A program made the position numbers and the translations under genes. A model generated the notes under the pieces. It made no database searches, was not told the origin of the DNA, and was given only the letters and a program-made list of their open reading frames with translations. A stretch of DNA of 60,025 nt from an uncultured Gammaproteobacteria bacterium (lineage in GTDB: Bacteria > Patescibacteriota > Patescibacteriia > UBA1558 > S5-K13): the NCBI GenBank assembly GCA_964639335.1, contig CAZXCJ010000001.1, positions 1 through 60,025 on the forward strand. The letters are read 5' to 3'. Below, one piece after another: positions 53,719 to 60,025 of this stretch (the stretch's first letter is position 1; the number at the start of each line of letters is the position of its first letter).

Positions 53719-56121
53719 ATGTCTAAAAGACGGCCAGGTCGGCCCAGAAAAAAAAGAACCTATAAAAAACCTCCTACAAGAAGAATTAGAGAAAAAGAGG
53801 ACTCTAATCTTTTTTCAACAATGAATCCAGAAACCAAAAAAGCTGTTTTTGTTCTCGTTCTTTTGATTTTATCCTTTTTAACTTTTTTAGCATTGTTTAA
53901 TTTTTCCGGAAGCTTAGGGATTTGGATGCTGAAAGCAATGAAGTGGCTTTTGGGCTGGCTTTATTTTTTGCTCCCCTTTGTTTTGGCTATTTTAGGATTT
54001 TTGTTTTTAAATCCAAAAAAATATGTTTTAAAATTAAGACATTATTTAGGTTTAGTTTTTTTATTTTTAAGTAGCACGGCCTTATTAAATTTGATTGTCG
54101 GTTTTGAGGATATTTTTGCCAAATTAAATTTAGGCCAGGGTGGGGGATATTTAGGGATAGTTTTATTCTGGCCATTTTTTAAATTGGCTGGTTTTTGGGG
54201 CACTTTAGTTTTGCTTTTAGGATTATTTATTATATCAATTTTATTAACCTTTGACCTTTCAATAAGAGATTTAAATATTCCAGCGAAAATTAGGGAGAAC
54301 ATTAGTTTTCAAAGAAAAAAAATTGATGATGAAGATAATGATGCTTCTTTTGATTATGTTTCTGAAGAAGACGAAGATTTAGAAGAAGGAACCATAGAAG
54401 ACGAAGATGAAGAAATTAAGGATGAGGATGGAGGAGCATTTGTATCTGCTGATAAAATTGAATCTAAAGAACATCGAAAAAAAATTTATAGAGATATTCA
54501 AATACCATTAGAGCTATTAAATGATAATGGTTCTGAACCAACTAGTTATAATATAGAAAGCAGCAAGGAAAAAATTAAAAAGACATTAGCCCATTTTGGG
54601 ATACAAGTTGAGATGACCGAAGTTAATGTTGGGCCTACCGTTACTCAATTTACTTTAAGGCCCGGTGAAGGAGTTAGACTTCAAAAAATTGTATCATTAC
54701 AAAATAATTTGTCTTTGGCATTGGCGGCCCGTAGTGTTAGAATTGAAGCCCCGATACCAGGAAGATCTTTGGTTGGGATAGAAGTCCCTAATAAAGTTGT
54801 TTCCATAGTTCGTCTTAAGGAAATTATTTCAAGTGAAAAATTTCAGAGCCCTAATGGTCATTTAAAATTTGCTTTAGGCAAGGATGTTGCCGGGAATGTT
54901 AAAGTGGCAGATTTAGCTAAAATGCCCCATCTCTTAATAGCTGGTGCAACCGGGACTGGTAAATCTGTTTGTATAAATACTTTGATTATAAGTCTGCTTT
55001 ATAAACTAAATCCCAATGAATTAAAATTAATATTGATTGATCCAAAACGCGTTGAACTTTTTCCATATAATGGAATTCCACATCTTTTGACTCCTGTTAT
55101 CACAAAAGTTGACAAGGCGATAAATGCATTGAGGTGGGCTGTAAATGAGATGGAAGAGCGTTATGATTTACTTCAAAAAGTAAATAAAGTAAATATTTAT
55201 CTTTATAATAAATTAATTAGAAAGCCGGAAAATAAGATGCCAAATATAGTAATTATTATTGATGAATTAGCATATTTAACATCAATAAATAAAGCAGAAA
55301 TAGAGAGTGTTATTATTAGATTAGCTCAAATGGGAAGAGCAACAGGCATACATTTGGTATTAGCGATGCAAAGACCGTCTGTGGATATTGTTACTGGGAC
55401 AATCAAGGCAAATATTACTTCGCGTATTGCTTTTTTTGTTGCGTCTCAAGTTGATTCTAGAACAATGATTGATACTAGCGGGGCTGAAAAACTTTTAGGT
55501 AATGGAGATATGCTTTTTATTTGTGATACTTATCCTAAACCAAGAAGATTACAAGGAGCACTTCTTACTCCAGAAGAAAAAGATGCCGTAATTAAATATT
55601 TAAAACAGCAGGCCGAGCCGGATTATTTAGAAGAAATTACAGAAGAACAAGATAAAGGTATTCCTGGTTTTTCAGGCTCTAGTTCTAATCGTGATGAATT
55701 ATTTAATCAAGCTAAACAAGCTATTTTAAGTTCAGGTCAAGCATCTTCTACTTATTTAATGAGAGCTTTGAGCGTTGGTTATGCGCGGGGAGCTAAAATT
55801 TTAGACCAATTAGAGGCGGCAGGAATTATTGGACCACATAATGGGCCTAAACCACGCGAGATTTTAGTACAAGCAGATGATGAAGAGATATTGGAATCAC
55901 CGATTGTTGATTCTGAAAATTTGGAGAAGCAAGCTCAGCTGGAAGAGGTAGCGGATGAAATTTTAGAAAAAAATGAAGTATTAAGAGAGGAAAAATTAGC
56001 AGATGATGAGGAGGTTGAAAAAGATAGTAATTTTGTAAGAAAAGAAGAAACAAAAGAAGATAAAACAAATCTTGCCCCAGAAGGGATTTCTGATGATGAA
56101 GACGAATTTGAAATAGAATGA
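53719..56121 (+). CDS. ftsK: DNA translocase FtsK/SpoIIIE
   Basis: N-terminal TM helices, Walker A GATGTGKS, Walker B IIIDELA, gamma wHTH (LMRALSVGYARGAKILDQLE), acidic tail. Confidence 0.93.
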   Translation: MSKRRPGRPRKKRTYKKPPTRRIREKEDSNLFSTMNPETKKAVFVLVLLILSFLTFLALFNFSGSLGIWMLKAMKWLLGWLYFLLPFVLAILGFLFLNPKKYVLKLRHYLGLVFLFLSSTALLNLIVGFEDIFAKLNLGQGGGYLGIVLFWPFFKLAGFWGTLVLLLGLFIISILLTFDLSIRDLNIPAKIRENISFQRKKIDDEDNDASFDYVSEEDEDLEEGTIEDEDEEIKDEDGGAFVSADKIESKEHRKKIYRDIQIPLELLNDNGSEPTSYNIESSKEKIKKTLAHFGIQVEMTEVNVGPTVTQFTLRPGEGVRLQKIVSLQNNLSLALAARSVRIEAPIPGRSLVGIEVPNKVVSIVRLKEIISSEKFQSPNGHLKFALGKDVAGNVKVADLAKMPHLLIAGATGTGKSVCINTLIISLLYKLNPNELKLILIDPKRVELFPYNGIPHLLTPVITKVDKAINALRWAVNEMEERYDLLQKVNKVNIYLYNKLIRKPENKMPNIVIIIDELAYLTSINKAEIESVIIRLAQMGRATGIHLVLAMQRPSVDIVTGTIKANITSRIAFFVASQVDSRTMIDTSGAEKLLGNGDMLFICDTYPKPRRLQGALLTPEEKDAVIKYLKQQAEPDYLEEITEEQDKGIPGFSGSSSNRDELFNQAKQAILSSGQASSTYLMRALSVGYARGAKILDQLEAAGIIGPHNGPKPREILVQADDEEILESPIVDSENLEKQAQLEEVADEILEKNEVLREEKLADDEEVEKDSNFVRKEETKEDKTNLAPEGISDDEDEFEIE

Positions 56122-56311
56122 AGTTAGATTGTCAAAAATGTAATTTATTTCGAAAAAGACAATAGGGTCAACTACTAAGCCGTTTCATTTTTAACAGTTT
56201 AAGAAGATGAATTCTATTAGATAAATAATTAATTTAATCTGGATATATAAAAATAGTTTTAATTTAATTGGTAATATTTAATAGATAATCAAGCAAATAA
56301 TATTTAAGGGG

Positions 56312-56986
56312 ATGAATAGTTTTAGAATAAAAAAAATTGAAAATTTAAATTTGGGAACTAAGTTATCAGATGCTAGGAAAGCGAAAAATTTTAATCTAAA
56401 CTATGTTTATAAAGTAGTTAATATTCCTCTAAAATATTTACAGGCCCTAGAGGCGGAAGAATGGAATAAATTACCAGGAGAAGTATATATTAAAAATTTT
56501 TTAAAAACCTATTGTGAGTTTTTGGGTTTAAATCATAGATTATGTTTTAAACAGTACCAAAAACAAAACCCAAAATTGATTTTTGAAAAAGAAAAGAAAA
56601 GTGATATCCAGAGCCTTATTACCCCTAAAAGATTTAAAATTTTCGTTTTCATTTTATTTTTTGGTGTCTTTGCTTCCTATGCTTATTATAAAGTAAATGA
56701 CTATATTAGACCGCCAGAATTAAATATTATTTTTCCGGCAGAGAATTTTACAACTTCGGAAAATATGATTAGAATAGAAGGGCAAACAGAGCCAGAATCA
56801 ATTCTTAGCATTAATAATGAGGATATTTCAGTTAATGAAGAGGGAAATTTTTATTTGGATGTTAAATTAAAATATGGTTTAAATAAATTTGAAATTATTA
56901 GTCAAAGAGAGCATAGCCAAAAAAATAAAGCAGAATTAATAATTTTTAAAAGAAGGGTTGAAGATAATTTAAATAATAATCAATAA
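56312..56986 (+). CDS. HTH-domain membrane protein (RodZ-like)
   Basis: N-terminal Xre-type HTH, a single TM, C-terminal beta domain. Confidence 0.55.
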   Translation: MNSFRIKKIENLNLGTKLSDARKAKNFNLNYVYKVVNIPLKYLQALEAEEWNKLPGEVYIKNFLKTYCEFLGLNHRLCFKQYQKQNPKLIFEKEKKSDIQSLITPKRFKIFVFILFFGVFASYAYYKVNDYIRPPELNIIFPAENFTTSENMIRIEGQTEPESILSINNEDISVNEEGNFYLDVKLKYGLNKFEIISQREHSQKNKAELIIFKRRVEDNLNNNQ

Positions 56987-56990
56987 ATTT

Positions 56991-58019
56991 ATGTCTGATA
57001 AAAAAATAAAAGAGGTTGATGGTAAAAAATTAAAAGCCGTAGAAAGTGCTTTAGAGCAAATTAAAGATAAATACGGCCAGGGTTCTATTATGAAGATGAG
57101 CGCAACACAGGCCATAGATATAGATTCTATTAGCACAGGATGTCTTTCTTTAGACATTGCATTGGGCGTAGGAGGAGTTCCTCGAGGAAGAGTGATTGAG
57201 CTTTATGGTCCAGAATCTTCAGGTAAAAGCACTTTGGCTCAGCATATTGCTGCGGAGGCCCAAAAAGCAGGGGGTATTGTTGCTTATGTTGATGCCGAGT
57301 ATGCTCTAGATCCGGTTTATTCTAAAAAAATAGGAGTTAATGTTGATGATTTAATACTTTCCCAGCCAGATACTGGTGAGCAAGCTTTAGAAATTGTAGA
57401 AACCTTAGTGCGTTCCAATGGAGTAGATTTAATAGTAGTGGATTCAGTCGCTGCCTTGGTTCCTAAGGCAGAAATTGAGGGAGAAATGGGGGATCAACAA
57501 ATGGGACTACAAGCTAGATTGATGAGTAAGGCTTTAAGAAAATTAACTGCCTTAGTTTCTAAATCCCACACAATAATTATTTTTATTAACCAGATTAGAA
57601 TGAGAATAGGAGTATTTTTTGGAAATCCCGAAACTACTCCGGGAGGCAAGGCCCTGAAATTTTATTCTTCAGTAAGAATTGAAGTTAGAAAAGCAGCAGT
57701 GATTAAAAAAGGTGAAGAAATAGTTGGTAATAGAGTAAATTGCAAAGTAGTAAAAAACAAAGTAGCCCCGCCGTTTACCAAATGTCAATTTGATATTATG
57801 TATAATGAAGGAATTTCTTTAGCTGGCGATGTTTTGGATTTAGGATTAAAATATGAAATTATTAAGAAATCAGGCAATACTATTCTTTTTGGCGAAGAAA
57901 AATTAGGTATAGGTCGAGAAAATGCTCGTTTATATTTAAGAGAAAATAAAAAGATTTTAAATAATATTAAAAAAGAGATTTTAAAGAAAGTCAAAGAAGA
58001 AAGAAGTCAAAAAGACTAA
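56991..58019 (+). CDS. recA: recombinase RecA
   Basis: [17 protein letters not shown], loop L1/L2 motifs. Confidence 0.98.
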   Translation: MSDKKIKEVDGKKLKAVESALEQIKDKYGQGSIMKMSATQAIDIDSISTGCLSLDIALGVGGVPRGRVIELYGPESSGKSTLAQHIAAEAQKAGGIVAYVDAEYALDPVYSKKIGVNVDDLILSQPDTGEQALEIVETLVRSNGVDLIVVDSVAALVPKAEIEGEMGDQQMGLQARLMSKALRKLTALVSKSHTIIIFINQIRMRIGVFFGNPETTPGGKALKFYSSVRIEVRKAAVIKKGEEIVGNRVNCKVVKNKVAPPFTKCQFDIMYNEGISLAGDVLDLGLKYEIIKKSGNTILFGEEKLGIGRENARLYLRENKKILNNIKKEILKKVKEERSQKD

Positions 58020-58085
58020 AGAACTAAAAAATCTAAGGACAAAGTGCTTTTAGTTTTTAAATTTGTTAGTTCATAAGTTAATATA

Positions 58086-59501
58086 ATGTTTGATGTTCGA
58101 AAAATAGCTCATAATACTATTATTCAAATTATCGGTAAAGGCGCCAATGTTCTCATTGGCGTTTTGGCTATTACTTATCTAACTAGATATTTAAGCCCTG
58201 CTGGTTTTGGACAATATATAACGGTTTTAACATTTTTACAAATTTTTGGAATATTTTTGGATTTTGGTTTGTATATTGTTTTACTGCGAGAGATTTCTAG
58301 TCCGTCAGCGGATAGAAATTTTATTTTTTCTAATGTTATTACTTTAAGAATTGTTTCTGGAATTGCTTTTTTTATTATTGCTCCAGCTATAGCCCTATTT
58401 TTTCCTTATCCAGGAATTGTTAAATGGGGGATTGCTTTAACCTCATTAGCTTTCTTTTTAAATAGTATGATTCAGGTTTATTCTGCCATATTTCAAAAGG
58501 AAATGAAAATGGTTAAGGTTGTAATAGCAGAGTCAATCGGAAAAATTTTCTTTTTGGGTTTAATAATTTTATTTATATTTTGCAAGGCCAATCTTTTGTT
58601 GATATTAATGGCTAATAATGTAAATTCAATTATCTTTTTTGTAATTTTAGCACTATTGGCCAGAAAATATGTTCAATATCGCTGGGTCATAGATTTAAAG
58701 TATTGGAAAAAGTTTTTGATATTGGCTTGGCCAATTGCCATAACCACTATTTTAAATTTAATTTACTTTAAAGCAGATACCTTGATATTATCAGTATTTC
58801 AACCAGCAGCGCATGTTGGTTATTATGGAGCACCTTATAAAATTTTAGAAGTGATTACTACTTTACCGCATTTGATTTTAGGTTTAGTTTTACCAATATT
58901 TACTTTTTATTGGGTTAAAAAAGACAAAGAAGGTTTTAAAAATTTATTTCAAAAGATTTTTGATTTATTTATTGTTTTGACCTTTCCAATGATCGTTTTA
59001 TTTATAGCTGAAGCTAAGGGAATAATAAATTTTATAGCTGGCCCAGAATATCCAGTTTCTATCAGCATCCTGAGGATTTTGATTTGGCCAACAGCTTTAA
59101 TATTTTTTAGTGCTTTGTTTAATTATGGAATTATTGCTATAGAAGAGCAAAAAAGAACTATTAAGTATTTTTTAGCTACGGCTTTGATTGCTTTGACGGG
59201 TTATTTAATTTTTATTCCGCGTTTTTCCTATTATGGAGCGGCCTATATGACTTTAGTCGCTGAATTTTTAATGGCCGCCTTTGCTTTTTATCTTTTACAA
59301 AAATATTCTGGCTGGAAAATAAATTTTACAGTTTTAATCAAGGTTTTGATTATTTCAATCGCGGCCTATTTATTATTAAATGTTTTAAAACTTAATTTTG
59401 TAGTAGAATTAATTATAGGAACAGGGACTTATTTAGCTTTACTAATTTTATTCAAAGTTTTGAATAAGGGTCTAATTAAAGAAGTAGTAAGCATTAAGTA
59501 G
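58086..59501 (+). CDS. oligosaccharide/polysaccharide flippase (MOP/Wzx family)
   Basis: About 14 TM segments; N-terminal pattern IIQIIGKGANVLIGVLAITYLTRYL. Confidence 0.7.
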   Translation: MFDVRKIAHNTIIQIIGKGANVLIGVLAITYLTRYLSPAGFGQYITVLTFLQIFGIFLDFGLYIVLLREISSPSADRNFIFSNVITLRIVSGIAFFIIAPAIALFFPYPGIVKWGIALTSLAFFLNSMIQVYSAIFQKEMKMVKVVIAESIGKIFFLGLIILFIFCKANLLLILMANNVNSIIFFVILALLARKYVQYRWVIDLKYWKKFLILAWPIAITTILNLIYFKADTLILSVFQPAAHVGYYGAPYKILEVITTLPHLILGLVLPIFTFYWVKKDKEGFKNLFQKIFDLFIVLTFPMIVLFIAEAKGIINFIAGPEYPVSISILRILIWPTALIFFSALFNYGIIAIEEQKRTIKYFLATALIALTGYLIFIPRFSYYGAAYMTLVAEFLMAAFAFYLLQKYSGWKINFTVLIKVLIISIAAYLLLNVLKLNFVVELIIGTGTYLALLILFKVLNKGLIKEVVSIK

Positions 59502-59523
59502 TAAGTAGTAAGCATTAAGGAAT

Positions 59524-60025
59524 ATGGAGAATTTAATTATAATTTTGTTTTATATTTTTTTTGGGGTTTTGGCTTGGAAAAATTTTAAATTTAGTTTATA
59601 TTCAGTATTTTTATTGCTTCCAACCTATCGAGTCCAGTTTGAAATTTTTGGTCTGCCGTTTAATTTATTATCAGGAATAATTTGGGTTTTAGTTTTAGTT
59701 TTTTTCTTAAAACATGTTAAGGAGATTCCAAATTTATTTAGAAATTTTAAAGAAAGGCTTAAAAATAAAAATAATATATTTGGCTCTTTGCGCTGGTCAA
59801 TTATTTTAATTTTAATTTCTGCTTGTTTGGCTGTTTGGACAGCAGGGAATGATTTAGCTTCTTTGGGCTTATTTAAAGCCTATTTTTTAGAGGCAATTAT
59901 CTTTTTTGTCTTGCTAGTGTTTAATTTAAAGAAAAAAGATTTTAAAAATTGTGTATATGGTCTACAAATATTAGTATTTTTAATTTTTGTTGTGGCCTTA
60001 TTTCAGAAATTAAGTGGCAATTTTA
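59524..60025 (+). CDS. polytopic membrane protein, O-antigen-ligase-like (partial; runs off the window)
   Basis: Open frame from the ATG at 59524 to the window end (my translation: MENLIIILFYIFFGVLAWKNF...); aagga RBS. Confidence 0.5.
   Translation, partial: MENLIIILFYIFFGVLAWKNFKFSLYSVFLLLPTYRVQFEIFGLPFNLLSGIIWVLVLVFFLKHVKEIPNLFRNFKERLKNKNNIFGSLRWSIILILISACLAVWTAGNDLASLGLFKAYFLEAIIFFVLLVFNLKKKDFKNCVYGLQILVFLIFVVALFQKLSGNF

Noticed and set aside
1-60025. CRISPR arrays and rRNA genes
   Set aside because: I saw no regularly spaced 25-40 nt direct repeats and no rRNA-like conserved blocks on either strand.
1-60025. Alternative genetic code (UGA sense, as in some CPR lineages)
   Set aside because: Long conserved genes (rpoB, rpoC, hppA, ftsK) are uninterrupted under the standard code, and TGA terminates ORFs, for example at 4834-4836.

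Overview
This is a visibly AT-rich bacterial segment with short genes and many small hypothetical or membrane proteins. The content fits a reduced-genome, CPR/Patescibacteria-like organism. That placement is inferred from gene content only. The standard genetic code applies: TGA ends ORFs, for example at 4834-4836, and rpoB and rpoC are uninterrupted. Housekeeping content: dksA-like/lspA, rplS, pilT, maf, trxB, an ABC importer operon, nusA, a membrane pyrophosphatase, the rpmH-rnpA-yidD-yidC block, dnaA-dnaN, rpoB-rpoC, ftsK, recA and cell-envelope genes. There are six minus-strand tRNA genes, all with encoded CCA. I found no rRNA, no CRISPR array and no reverse transcriptase. The unusual signal is mostly non-coding GC-rich structure set in the AT-rich background. 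(1) Two tRNA-Ala genes are each followed by a structured spacer and a small GIY-YIG gene. (2) A nested-hairpin module ends in an exact 12-nt copy or complement of a tRNA 5' end. (3) An 18-bp perfect palindrome occurs five times around a tRNA and nucleotide-hygiene gene string. (4) A DnaA-box cluster lies about 26 kb from dnaA. (5) A 5'-truncated IS481-like transposase is bracketed by 24-bp direct repeats. A consensus outward promoter at its right edge faces a structured non-coding stretch of about 140 nt. (6) Several hairpin families show compensatory changes. (7) A small accessory island sits between rpoC and ftsK. It holds a NYN/PLD-like gene that is flanked by inverted repeats and frameshifted at a homopolymer, plus an MNT/HEPN pair. 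All functional readings of the non-coding elements are hypotheses.
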